Shown in pieces: positions 1 to 8,701 of a DNA stretch of 29,569 nt. The notes beneath the pieces were generated by a model, which was given only the letters and a program-made list of their open reading frames with translations, searched no databases and had not been told where the DNA came from. How positions within the stretch are numbered: the stretch's first letter is position 1; each line of letters starts with the position of its first letter. Location: NCBI GenBank assembly GCA_046756805.1, contig JBHHXA010000001.1, forward strand, positions 1-29,569, given 5' to 3'. The stretch is from Acidimicrobiia bacterium (GTDB taxonomy: Bacteria; Actinomycetota; Acidimicrobiia; Spongiisociales; UBA5794). A program made the translations under genes and the position numbers.

Positions 1-54
1 TAGCGCGCATCGTTCGGGACGATGAGGTCGCCGGTTCAAATCCGGCCGTCCCGA
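1..54 (+). tRNA. tRNA-Pro(CGG), 5' end cut by the window edge
   Basis: Anticodon arm CATCG-TTCGGGA-CGATG (8-24; anticodon CGG at 15-17), T arm GCCGG-TTCAAAT-CCGGC (30-46), acceptor 3' strand CGTCCCG plus discriminator A (47-54). CCA is not encoded. Confidence 0.95.
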
Positions 55-62
55 CTCATCGG

Positions 63-94
63 AGAGCCGGAGGGCGCATGCCCGCCGGCTCTTT
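63..94. terminator. Probable intrinsic terminator hairpin between the convergent tRNA and SRPBCC gene
   Basis: AGAGCCGG (63-70) pairs with CCGGCTCT (85-92); inner GGGC/GCCC stem with a GCAT loop; short T tract follows. Confidence 0.55.
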
Positions 95-112
95 GCATTG
101 CGAGGGCCCAGC

Positions 113-559
113 TCAAGCGGCGATCGCTCTGCGCAGATCCTCGAGTTCGACCACCAACCGCCTCGTGAAGCTGCGCAACAGGAGCGGCCCCAGCAGCCAT
201 GTGACCACCCTCGTCGACAAGCTGTCCGGACCCGCTTCGATAGTGTTCGTCACCTCGGTTGCCGTCTCCACTTCCCGCAGCTCGATCCGTCCTTCGTAGG
301 CGAACGGGCCCCGGAAGATCCTGCTGGCAAATGAGCGCGGTGGTTCGAACTCCGTCACCTCGATCTCGAGCTCGGACGGCCGCCAGCCCTGGATGTAGTC
401 GAGCACATAGCGGGCGCCCCGGCCCATCTCCTTCGAGACGAGTCGCGCCGCGCGAACTCCCGACATCCATCCCGGCATCTTCTCCACGTCCGTGACGTAC
501 GAGAAGACCTCGCCGATGGGGCGCTCGATCGTGACGGTTGCGGAAGCCTTGCCTCGCAT
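113..559 (-). CDS. SRPBCC (polyketide cyclase/START-like) family protein
   Basis: Typical N-terminus 'ASATVTIERPIGEVFSYVTDVEKMPGW' and C-terminal helix 'ELEDLRRAI'. Start moved to ATG 559, which has GGGAG upstream. Confidence 0.85.
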   Translation of the reverse strand: MRGKASATVTIERPIGEVFSYVTDVEKMPGWMSGVRAARLVSKEMGRGARYVLDYIQGWRPSELEIEVTEFEPPRSFASRIFRGPFAYEGRIELREVETATEVTNTIEAGPDSLSTRVVTWLLGPLLLRSFTRRLVVELEDLRRAIAA

Positions 560-618
560 GACACTCCCTGGCGGAATAACTGCTTTTCTACCACGGGTCC
601 CCGCACAGCTCACGGACC

Positions 619-1641
619 TCAGGAATTGACGAGCTCCGCGAGTTGCACCGCGTTGAGCGCAGCTCCCTTGCGCAGGTTGTCACCCACCGCCCAAAGGCCG
701 ATGCCACCCGGCTCGCCGAGGGTGGGTCGTACCCGGCCGACGAGCACCTCGTCGATACCGGCCGCATCGAGAGGTGTCGGGACCTTTGCGTCGTCCCACA
801 GCTCGATGCCGGGTGCGGCGGAGAGCAGCTCACACGCGGCATCGACGGAAAGGGGGCTCTCGAAGAACATCGTCGCGGAGATGCCGTGTCCGACCATGAC
901 CGGAACGCGCACACAGGTCGGCTCGACCGCCACCCCGGGATCCGCCAGGATCTTGCGCGTCTCGTTGACGAGCTTCCACTCTTCGTCGGTGTAGCCCTGC
1001 TCGGTGAACGACCCGGCGTGCGGGAGCACGTTGTACCCGATGGGTCGGGCATAGAGGTCCGATCCGGGATCGCTCCAGCCCCCGTCTACGAGGGATTCCG
1101 GATCCTTACCCAGCACGTCTAGCTCATGGCTCAGCACCCGCATCCCGGTCTGCCCCGAGCCGGACACCGACTGATACGACGTCGCCGCGAGTCGCTTCAG
1201 CCCGGCGTGCGCGTGGAGCGGCGCAACCGCCATGAGGAGCACCATCGTGGTGCAGTTCGGGTTGGCCACGATCCCGTGATGGCCTGCCACGGCCTCGTTG
1301 TTCACGTCCGCCACGACCAGCGGGACATCGGGATCCATGCGGAATGCGGACGAGTTGTCGATGACGATGGCGCCCGCTGCGACGAATCTGGGAGCGTGCT
1401 CGAGCGATCGGGAGCCACCCGCACTGAAGAGTGCGATCTCGACACCGGTCGGATCCGCCGTGGCGAGATCCTCCACGACCACCGAACCCCACCTCGTTTC
1501 GACCGAACTCCCCGCAGAACGCTCCGAGGCCATGAGACGCAGCTCCGAGATCGGGTAGTCGCGATCGCCGAGGATCGAGCGCATGGCGGTGCCGACGGCT
1601 CCGGTGGCACCCACGACGGCGACCCGACGGCCTTCAGACAC
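619..1641 (-). CDS. asd: Aspartate-semialdehyde dehydrogenase
   Basis: 'VAVVGATGAVG' Rossmann motif, 'IDNSSAFRM', catalytic 'ANPNCTT', 'TCVRVPV', 'DNLRKGAALNAVQ'. GTG start at 1641 with an AGGAG SD, overlapping the ask stop by 8 bp. Confidence 0.97.
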   Translation of the reverse strand: MSEGRRVAVVGATGAVGTAMRSILGDRDYPISELRLMASERSAGSSVETRWGSVVVEDLATADPTGVEIALFSAGGSRSLEHAPRFVAAGAIVIDNSSAFRMDPDVPLVVADVNNEAVAGHHGIVANPNCTTMVLLMAVAPLHAHAGLKRLAATSYQSVSGSGQTGMRVLSHELDVLGKDPESLVDGGWSDPGSDLYARPIGYNVLPHAGSFTEQGYTDEEWKLVNETRKILADPGVAVEPTCVRVPVMVGHGISATMFFESPLSVDAACELLSAAPGIELWDDAKVPTPLDAAGIDEVLVGRVRPTLGEPGGIGLWAVGDNLRKGAALNAVQLAELVNS

Positions 1642-2134
1642 CGGACTCCTCCCTCGGCGCGGTAGCGGGACGGAACCCGGAGTGGAGGGCGGCGACGGCT
1701 GCCGCGGCATCGTCCCCGCGAACCACACATGAGATACGGATCGGGGATGTCGAGATCATCTCGATGTTGATCCCGTGCTCCGAGAGGATGCGGAACATTC
1801 TGCTTGCGATGCCGAGCTCGCTCTTCATCCCCGCCCCCACGAGCGACACTTTGGCGATGTTCTCATCCACATCCACGCCGGCAGCGCCGACCCCTTCGAC
1901 GACCGCTTCGGTGATGGCGCGAGCCCGAGCGGCGTGGGCGCGGGGCACCGTGAAGCTGATATCCGTCACGCCTTCGATCGACACGTTCTGCACGATCATG
2001 TCGACGTTGACACCCTCGTCCGCGAGCGGCTCGAAGATGCGTGCCGCAACACCCGGCTTGTCCGGCACGCCGTGGACCGTGACCTTGGCTTCGGTGGTGT
2101 CGTGTGCCACACCGCGGATGATTGCCTCTTCCAT
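1634..2134 (-). CDS. Aspartate kinase beta subunit from an in-frame internal start
   Basis: In-frame ATG at 2134 ('MEEAIIRGVAHD') preceded by AAGGAG-aacgtg. Matches the known internal beta-subunit start of corynebacterial/mycobacterial aspartokinase. Confidence 0.75.
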   Translation of the reverse strand: MEEAIIRGVAHDTTEAKVTVHGVPDKPGVAARIFEPLADEGVNVDMIVQNVSIEGVTDISFTVPRAHAARARAITEAVVEGVGAAGVDVDENIAKVSLVGAGMKSELGIASRMFRILSEHGINIEMISTSPIRISCVVRGDDAAAAVAALHSGFRPATAPREESGV

Positions 2135-2869
2135 CACGTTCTCCTTCACCCAGGTCCCCTCGCCGTCATGAAACGAAGAACGAACGTGGATCGGTATGCG
2201 GTACCGCCTGCCGAACTCCACCGACCGGGCCATGAGCACCCTCGCGCCTGCACCGGCAAGCTCCAACATCTCCTCGAACCCGACTTCGTCGAGTTTGCGT
2301 GCATCTGGAACAAGCCGCGGGTCGGCTGAGAACACGCCGTCGACATCGGTGTAGATCTCGCAGACATCGGCCTCGAGCGCAGCGGCAAGCGCCACCGCCG
2401 TCGCATCGGAGCCGCCACGGCCCAGCGTCGTGATCTCCTTCGCCACCGGGTCGACGCCCTGGAAGCCCGCGACGATGACGACCTTTCCTTCCTGGAGGCC
2501 GGCGCGCACTCGCTCGGCACGGATGTCGATGATCTCGGCCTCGCCGTGCACAGACGTGGTCAGGATGCCGGCTTGCGATCCCGTCAGGCTCATCGCCGAA
2601 ACGCCGAGATCCTGGATGGCCATCGCACAGAGCGCCATCGAGATGCGCTCGCCGGCCGTGAGCAGCATGTCCATCTCCCTGGGGTGGGAGCTATCGCTGA
2701 CATCTGCGGCGAGCTCGACGAGGTCGTCGGTGGTTGCGCCCATCGCCGAGACGACCACGACCACGTCGTTGCCCTTGTCCTTGCTCTCGACCACCCTCCG
2801 TGCGACGTTGCGGATTCGTGCCGCGTCCGCGACGGACGTTCCGCCGAACTTCTGCACGATGAGAGCCAT
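1634..2869 (-). CDS. ask: Aspartate kinase (alpha subunit, two C-terminal ACT domains)
   Basis: 'MALIVQKFGGTS', 'VVVVSAMG', 'TTLGRGGSD', 'IYTDVDG', ACT repeats. ask-asd order as in other actinobacteria. Confidence 0.97.
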   Translation of the reverse strand: MALIVQKFGGTSVADAARIRNVARRVVESKDKGNDVVVVVSAMGATTDDLVELAADVSDSSHPREMDMLLTAGERISMALCAMAIQDLGVSAMSLTGSQAGILTTSVHGEAEIIDIRAERVRAGLQEGKVVIVAGFQGVDPVAKEITTLGRGGSDATAVALAAALEADVCEIYTDVDGVFSADPRLVPDARKLDEVGFEEMLELAGAGARVLMARSVEFGRRYRIPIHVRSSFHDGEGTWVKENVMEEAIIRGVAHDTTEAKVTVHGVPDKPGVAARIFEPLADEGVNVDMIVQNVSIEGVTDISFTVPRAHAARARAITEAVVEGVGAAGVDVDENIAKVSLVGAGMKSELGIASRMFRILSEHGINIEMISTSPIRISCVVRGDDAAAAVAALHSGFRPATAPREESGV

Positions 2870-2878
2870 GGTCGAGCG

Positions 2879-2884
2879 ATTGTA
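2879..2884 (-). promoter_or_regulatory. -10 element (TACAAT) for a near-leaderless ask transcript
   Basis: TACAAT on the minus strand 9 nt before the ask ATG; no SD present. Confidence 0.55.
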
Positions 2885-3032
2885 CTGCCGGCCCGGGAAC
2901 AGCCCTCTCGGCCGCAGGTGGGAGCGACTGCGAGGCGAGGGCCGGCTTCGTGCGGCGGGCAGCGGCCGCGCCGGTCCCGTTCGTTACCGTGGGAACGTTC
3001 AAAAGGCGTGCGGAGGAAGGGAAACACAGATC

Positions 3033-3824
3033 GTGTCGAACGACTACGGCGACATCGTCTACACCACCGAGGGCGGCCTGGCATGGATCGTCATCAACCG
3101 GCCTGAGCGGTACAACGCCTTCCGGGCCATGACGATCGAAGAGCTGATCCACGCTATGAAACGTGCGTGGGCGGATCCGGAGATCGGCGTCGTCGCATTG
3201 CGAGGCGCCGGGGAGAAGGCGTTCTGCACGGGTGGCGACCAGAAACAGCGCGCCGAGACCGGCGACTACGGGCCGACCAGCAACGGACTGTTCGAGGTCG
3301 AGGCCTTCCACCGGCTCATCCGCGAGATCCCCAAGCCCGTGATAGCGGCCGTGAACGGCTTCGCCATCGGCGGCGGGCACGTCATTCACCTGCTCTGCGA
3401 TCTCACCGTTGCGGCCGACCACGCCCGGTTCGGCCAGACCGGACCCAAAGTGGGGTCGTTCGACGCGGGATTCGGGACCGCCTACATGGCACGCATCCTT
3501 GGCGAGAAGCGGGCCCGGGAAGTCTGGTACACGTGCCGGCAATACGACGCCGCAACGATGAGACAGTGGGGCATGGTCAACGAAGTGGTGCCGATCGCGG
3601 ATCTCGACGATGCCGTGCGGAGCCTGGCCGGTGAGATGCTCGACAAGAGCCCGACCGCGTTGCGCGTGTGCAAGGCGTCGTTCAACGCAGCGTCCGACCA
3701 CATCGGCGGCATCGCCTCGATGGCGTTCACCTCCCTGGACCTCTTCGTAGACACGGACGAGGCCAAGGAAGGCGTCCGCGCCTTCAACGAGAAGCGCAGC
3801 CCCGACTTCGGTGCCTATCGCTGA
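3033..3824 (+). CDS. MenB/BadI-like crotonase-family enzyme (1,4-dihydroxy-2-naphthoyl-CoA synthase-like)
   Basis: 'INRPERYNAF', 'AFCTGGDQ', 'GFAIGGGHV', 'FGQTGPKVGSFD', 'GEKRAREVWY', 'EGVRAFNEKRSPDF'. GTG start at 3033 after a purine-rich SD. Symbol withheld because of a missing catalytic Tyr (see findings). Confidence 0.85.
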   Translation: MSNDYGDIVYTTEGGLAWIVINRPERYNAFRAMTIEELIHAMKRAWADPEIGVVALRGAGEKAFCTGGDQKQRAETGDYGPTSNGLFEVEAFHRLIREIPKPVIAAVNGFAIGGGHVIHLLCDLTVAADHARFGQTGPKVGSFDAGFGTAYMARILGEKRAREVWYTCRQYDAATMRQWGMVNEVVPIADLDDAVRSLAGEMLDKSPTALRVCKASFNAASDHIGGIASMAFTSLDLFVDTDEAKEGVRAFNEKRSPDFGAYR

Positions 3825-3912
3825 CGGGAGGTTCGCCGTCTCCTCCGGCACGGGACGGTCGCAGTCCGTAGGGTGTGCGCCTCACCGATACAAGCGCTGA
3901 ACGGAGGGAGCC

Positions 3913-6756
3913 ATGCAGCGTCGAGTTCGGGCGCGCTCGCGCCGGTCCTCGGAACATCTGGCTCTGCTCCTGCTCCTGGTCGCCGCCGCATGCACGTCGG
4001 CCGACGACGGGATACCCCCAGAACGGGACGCGACACCGTCCGACGTCAGCACCACCTCAGGTTCCGGGACCGGCTCAGCGACGTCAACGCCACCGGGCGG
4101 CGGTGAGGAAGGGCCGATCCCGCCCCGGGTGCTGTTGACACCGTCGTCCCCTGTCGCGGAGCCGGGAGACGTGCTCACTATCGCAGGGGATCCCCAGCTC
4201 GAGGGCACCATCGAGCTCGCCGGATCAGACGGAGCGGTGGCGACGGCGACCATGAGCGGCGGAACGGCCTCGCTCACCCTGCCATCGACCATAGGCACCG
4301 GCACCTATTCGCTCGTCATCGAGGACGTTCCAGCGGGTGCCGCGTACGGCGCGGTGCGGATCGTCGACGGTCCCGGCCTCTGGATCTCGGCGCCGGAGTA
4401 CGTCGTCGCGGATGAGGCGCCAAGGATCACCGTGACGACACATGCGATCCCGACCGGCATGGTCATTGCGCTCGAGGCTCAGGACATCAACCTCACTACC
4501 GAGCGGCTCGTGCCCCACCCCCTCCTCGACTTGGCCCCGGCCACCGGACCATCGCCGGCATCGCTTCCTGCCGGTGTCAGCCGGTTGCGGCTACCCGAAG
4601 GATTCACCGGTGAGGTACGCGTCGTGGCAGACACCGCAACGCACATCGCCGACCTCGACCCGGAGAACGTCTTCGCATTCACCTCCGGCACACACTCGAT
4701 CGCGCGATGCGATGTCGCGACGACGGTGACCGGTGATCTGGGCGTCGCGGGCGTCGTCAGCGCGGTCTCGCCCGGCGGAAGCAGGGTGCGGGCCCGATCC
4801 GTGTCCGCCGACGGCAACTTCTCACTCGAAGTCCGGCCCGGTACGTTGGTCGTGTCCGCCCTCCTCGAGGACGGCCGCCCCACCGCGGCCTCCCCCATGC
4901 TGGTCCGGGCCCGCTGCGGCGATGCCCTGGACCTGGGGAACATGGCCGAGACCATCGACACCGACCCCGCACCCGGGACCTACCTGGGCGGCCTCACGTT
5001 CGATGACCTGCTCCAGTACACCGCCACCCTTGCCGGTGACATCGAGTTCGCCCACGACGGGGCCGCAGACTGCTCCTTGGACGGACGGACCCTCCAGGTG
5101 TCCTTCTCCGACTTCTCGTCCGACCCCTACTTGTACGACCTCGAGGTGCCCGGGTTCTCGGGCACGGGGAGATACGACTCGACGTTCACGATCCTCGACG
5201 TCTTCAGCGACAAGACGTCGGAAGGCGCGGGGGTCGGCGAATTCGAACTGGGGTCGATCGAAGACCTCGACGTGGTCGGTGGCGCCTTCTCCGGTTCCAT
5301 AGAGGGCGAACTCGGAGCCGCAGAGGTGACGACCCGCTTCACCTGCGTGTTGTGGTCCGGGTTCTCGACGAGCGGACCGCCGCTCACGACCGGTTTCGGC
5401 AGCGGGGGGCACGGAGGCATGGCGTCGTCGCTCAGGCTCGGCGGGTGGTCGGCCAGGGGTCAGACGTCCGGAAGTGGCGAGCCGTGTCGCCAGCTGTTCA
5501 TGCAGTTGAGCCAGCCGCCGGATTTCGACGGACGGCTCGGGACGGTCAACGAGCACTGGGCAGCAGGTCTGGCTCCTGCGCTCCCGCGGGTCGACGTGAC
5601 GACACAGAACGATGTCGACAGCCTCCTCTGGCTCATGGGGATGCAACAGCTCCTGGGCTCAGACGAGGATGCCGGAGCCATCTCCGAGGCGGTATCTCAG
5701 GCGGTCGGAGCCGACCTCCTCGTCGCCATCAGGGGAAGGAGATCGGGTGCCGGATGGCGTGTTACGGCAACGGGCTACGACTACGTCGAGGCAACAAAGC
5801 TCTTCGAGTTCAGCGCCGAAGGCGGTACTGCCGATGATGCGGCTGGCGCGATGCTGGACCGCTGGATCGACGCCGTGGAGCCGCTCCAGCGTGCAGGGGT
5901 GTGCGGAAAGGTCTCTCCATCCACCGCCCTCGTGGACATCGGAGAGACGCTGGAGTTCTCCTACGAGGTGACGGATCTCGCAGGTGAAGCACCGGAGAGT
6001 GGTGTCGTGGAGGCTCCGGGCTCCTCGTGCGGGACTTTCGACCCGGATGGTGGACCGATCGTCGGCACGACGTGGACTACGACCTTCGAGGGTGAGACCG
6101 GTGCGTGTCGCGATGAGAGGACCCTCCTCGCCATGGCGCAAGGGACCGCCGGCGAGATCGACACGAGCGCGGACGCAGAGGAGTCCACCATCCGGCTCGA
6201 GGTCGCCGCTCTGTGGGAATTCGAGATGACCGCCGAATTCCGCGAGGGATCGAACCTCGTGCACAGCGAAGCCACGGGCCGCTTCATGATCACCGAGGAC
6301 ACCGGAGAGCTGATCGGTGCAGGAACCGGATCGGTTCGAGTCGAGGCGCCGGACACGCCCTGTGTAGTCATCTCGGAGTCCGGCGTCGATGAGCGGACGC
6401 AGACATTCACGGCGAACGGGGATTACAAGGTCATGGTCTCGGGTGACCTCGCCGCCGGAACCCAGGACGGCGGTGGCACCGTACGGTTCATCCCGAGGGG
6501 CTTCGGTATGGGCCTGGTCGCCTCCTACACCGACCGTGACTGCTTCCCCCCCGGCTCGCAGCGAAACGAGCCCTTTGCGATGATCATCGTCGCTCCGTTC
6601 ACGCTCCAACCGGCCGTGTTCGCACAGCAGGTCCAAGGTTTCGAGGTGTCGATCTCGCCCGCGGGCACCAGGTCCGTGCAGACGTGGCCGCTCGTCACCG
6701 GAGGTTCGATCACCATCGAAGTCGTCAGGCCGGAGCCACCTGCGGCCTCTGGTTGA
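3913..6756 (+). CDS. Large multi-domain hypothetical lipoprotein (947 aa)
   Basis: GGAGGGAG SD; basic N-terminus, hydrophobic stretch and lipobox 'LVAAAC' (Cys27); S/T/G/P linker; several beta-rich modules. Confidence 0.8.
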   Translation: MQRRVRARSRRSSEHLALLLLLVAAACTSADDGIPPERDATPSDVSTTSGSGTGSATSTPPGGGEEGPIPPRVLLTPSSPVAEPGDVLTIAGDPQLEGTIELAGSDGAVATATMSGGTASLTLPSTIGTGTYSLVIEDVPAGAAYGAVRIVDGPGLWISAPEYVVADEAPRITVTTHAIPTGMVIALEAQDINLTTERLVPHPLLDLAPATGPSPASLPAGVSRLRLPEGFTGEVRVVADTATHIADLDPENVFAFTSGTHSIARCDVATTVTGDLGVAGVVSAVSPGGSRVRARSVSADGNFSLEVRPGTLVVSALLEDGRPTAASPMLVRARCGDALDLGNMAETIDTDPAPGTYLGGLTFDDLLQYTATLAGDIEFAHDGAADCSLDGRTLQVSFSDFSSDPYLYDLEVPGFSGTGRYDSTFTILDVFSDKTSEGAGVGEFELGSIEDLDVVGGAFSGSIEGELGAAEVTTRFTCVLWSGFSTSGPPLTTGFGSGGHGGMASSLRLGGWSARGQTSGSGEPCRQLFMQLSQPPDFDGRLGTVNEHWAAGLAPALPRVDVTTQNDVDSLLWLMGMQQLLGSDEDAGAISEAVSQAVGADLLVAIRGRRSGAGWRVTATGYDYVEATKLFEFSAEGGTADDAAGAMLDRWIDAVEPLQRAGVCGKVSPSTALVDIGETLEFSYEVTDLAGEAPESGVVEAPGSSCGTFDPDGGPIVGTTWTTTFEGETGACRDERTLLAMAQGTAGEIDTSADAEESTIRLEVAALWEFEMTAEFREGSNLVHSEATGRFMITEDTGELIGAGTGSVRVEAPDTPCVVISESGVDERTQTFTANGDYKVMVSGDLAAGTQDGGGTVRFIPRGFGMGLVASYTDRDCFPPGSQRNEPFAMIIVAPFTLQPAVFAQQVQGFEVSISPAGTRSVQTWPLVTGGSITIEVVRPEPPAASG

Positions 6757-6801
6757 CCGGAGCGCAGACCGGGCACCTCACGCGCCCTACCATCAGCGTC
6801 C

Positions 6802-7560
6802 TTGGCACCGACCCACGTCACACGACTCTCGGTACTTCTCGCTGCAACGGCGCTCGTCGCCGCGGCGTGCGGCGACGGCGACGCGCCGGCAACGGGCATC
6901 ACGAGCACGACGATCGCCCGCACGACGGTCACCGAGGTTCCGCTGCAACAGCTCCGGCCTCCCGTCGACTATGCCGGGTTCCGCGACCAGCCGACGGCTT
7001 GTGGAGGCTCCCAACCGCAGGAGATCACTCCCCAGTCGTTTGCGGCACCGGACGACGTCGGTCTCGACGCCGCCTCGATGGTGGTGGCCACCATCACCAC
7101 ATCGTGCGGTGACATCGAGGTGGCACTCGACCCGTCGCAAGCACCGGCAACGGTCAACTCGTTCGTCTTCCTCGCCCGCAACGGCTACTTCGACGGGACG
7201 GTGTCGCACCGGATCGCACCGGGGTTCGTCGTCCAGATGGGCGACCCCACGGGCACGGGAAGTGGAGGCCCCGGCTATGCGCTCCCCGACGAGTTTCCGC
7301 CCGCAGGGTTTGCGTTCACCCGTGGCGTCCTTGCCATGGCCAACGCGGGTGCAGGAACGACCGGGTCACAGTTCTTCATCATGCTCGAAGACGCCGGGCT
7401 GTCCCCACAGTTCAGCGTGTTCGGAACCGTCACCGGCGGCCTCGACGTCATCGACCGCATCGCCGCCATTCCCCTCGGAACGAGTGCCCGCGGCGAGCTC
7501 AGCGTGCCGCTCGAGACGCTCTACCTCGAGAGGGTCACCATCACCGCTGAAGGGGGTTGA
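6802..7560 (+). CDS. Cyclophilin-type peptidyl-prolyl isomerase, lipoprotein
   Basis: Lipobox 'LVAAAC'; cyclophilin motifs 'TVNSFVFLA..GYFDG', 'HRIAPGFVVQMGDP', 'LAMAN', 'GSQFFI', 'VFGTV'. TTG start uncertain. Confidence 0.92.
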   Translation: MAPTHVTRLSVLLAATALVAAACGDGDAPATGITSTTIARTTVTEVPLQQLRPPVDYAGFRDQPTACGGSQPQEITPQSFAAPDDVGLDAASMVVATITTSCGDIEVALDPSQAPATVNSFVFLARNGYFDGTVSHRIAPGFVVQMGDPTGTGSGGPGYALPDEFPPAGFAFTRGVLAMANAGAGTTGSQFFIMLEDAGLSPQFSVFGTVTGGLDVIDRIAAIPLGTSARGELSVPLETLYLERVTITAEGG

Positions 7561-7595
7561 CGGACGGCGGGAGCCCGCACCTATCATTCGTGGTG

Positions 7596-7802
7596 ATGGC
7601 GACCGCAAAGCGCGACCGGCAACGCGAGAACCGCGATGCGAAGCGCGCCGCCGAACGGAAGACGGAGCGTCGCCAGACGACCTTCAAGCGCCTCCGCAGG
7701 CTCGTCGTCTGGGGTGTCATCGTCGTCGTCGTCCTGCTGCTCGCCAACTTCGTCTTCGGTGGTAACTCGGATGAGGCGCTGGGTCGACTGATCTCGCTCT
7801 GA
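7596..7802 (+). CDS. Small basic membrane protein (68 aa)
   Basis: Highly basic helix followed by one TM segment 'LVVWGVIVVVVLLLANFVF'. TATCAT -10 lies 8 nt before the ATG; stop is 2 nt before the PHP start. Confidence 0.7.
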   Translation: MATAKRDRQRENRDAKRAAERKTERRQTTFKRLRRLVVWGVIVVVVLLLANFVFGGNSDEALGRLISL

Positions 7803-7804
7803 GC

Positions 7805-8653
7805 GTGGCGGTCGATCTTCACCTTCACTCGACGGCTTCCGACGGCACCGACACCCCCACTCGGGTCGTGCAGCTGGCTGCCGCCGCGGGCCTTACGACC
7901 ATTGCCCTGACCGACCACGACAGGCTCGACGGAATCGCGGAAGCGAGGGCCGCCGCGGCCGATGAAGGCATCGAGATCATCAGCGGCACCGAGCTCTCCG
8001 TGGACTGGGAGTCGAGCGGCGCAGTCCACATGCTCGTGTACTACCTCGAGCCCGGCCCGGGACCACTCCAGAACAGACTCGTCTGGTTGCAAGAGGCACG
8101 ACAGCGCCGCAACCTCGAGATCGTGGACCGCCTCACGGCGCTGGGTCTCGGGCTGACCATCGAGGAAGTCGAAGCCGAAGCGGGAGGAATGGGCGTCGGC
8201 CGGCCCCACTTCGCCGCCGTGCTCATCCGCAAGGGATACGCGGCCAACCTCCCCGAAGCGTTCGACCGATGGCTCGCTGCCGGACGACCCGGGTACGCAG
8301 CGAGGGATCGCCTGCACGCTGCCGACGCCATCCGGCTCGCTCGCGCATCCGATGCCGTGCCGGTCATCGCCCATCCCCACACCATCGGCATCTCGGCAGA
8401 CGAGTACCGCACGACCTTCGAGCGGATGACGGCTCTCGGACTGGGCGGAATCGAGTCCTACTACGCCGAATACCAGCCGAGAGTGCGTGCGCACCTGGCA
8501 ACGCTGTGTGACGATCTCGGCATCGTCGCCACCGGCGGCTCGGACTACCACGGAGGCTTCAAGCCGGAGATCGCGGTCGGAGTCGGGAGAGGCGACCTCT
8601 TGGTACCGGATGAGGCCGTGGAGAAGCTGGCGCACAACAGAGCGGTCGGTTAA
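7805..8653 (+). CDS. PHP-domain metal-dependent phosphoesterase (TrpH/YciV-like)
   Basis: 'DLHLHSTASDG', 'LTDHD', 'GTELS', 'HML', 'RPH', 'IAHP', 'GGSDYHG'. Confidence 0.93.
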   Translation: MAVDLHLHSTASDGTDTPTRVVQLAAAAGLTTIALTDHDRLDGIAEARAAAADEGIEIISGTELSVDWESSGAVHMLVYYLEPGPGPLQNRLVWLQEARQRRNLEIVDRLTALGLGLTIEEVEAEAGGMGVGRPHFAAVLIRKGYAANLPEAFDRWLAAGRPGYAARDRLHAADAIRLARASDAVPVIAHPHTIGISADEYRTTFERMTALGLGGIESYYAEYQPRVRAHLATLCDDLGIVATGGSDYHGGFKPEIAVGVGRGDLLVPDEAVEKLAHNRAVG

Positions 8654-8701
8654 GCGAGACCTCCGTGCCTCCGATAGGAGTGGAGAGGTGCTCGTTATCC
8701 G

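Noticed and set aside
2870-3032. Possible lysine riboswitch upstream of ask
   Set aside because: A -10 sits 9 nt from the ATG, leaving no leader, and I see no L-box consensus.
2430-3032. N-terminal extensions given by the ORF track for menB-like, asd, glpX, phnE, dodecin, MTH1187, PGBD and GT genes
   Set aside because: They overlap neighbouring genes and lack homology-like sequence; shorter starts are supported by SD or -10 elements or by the conserved N-terminal motif.
5409-5421. Internal GGAGG-C-ATG in the large lipoprotein, suggesting a second start or a gene fusion junction
   Set aside because: SD-start spacing is only 1 nt and the downstream peptide is not a convincing signal peptide; more likely a Gly-rich linker.
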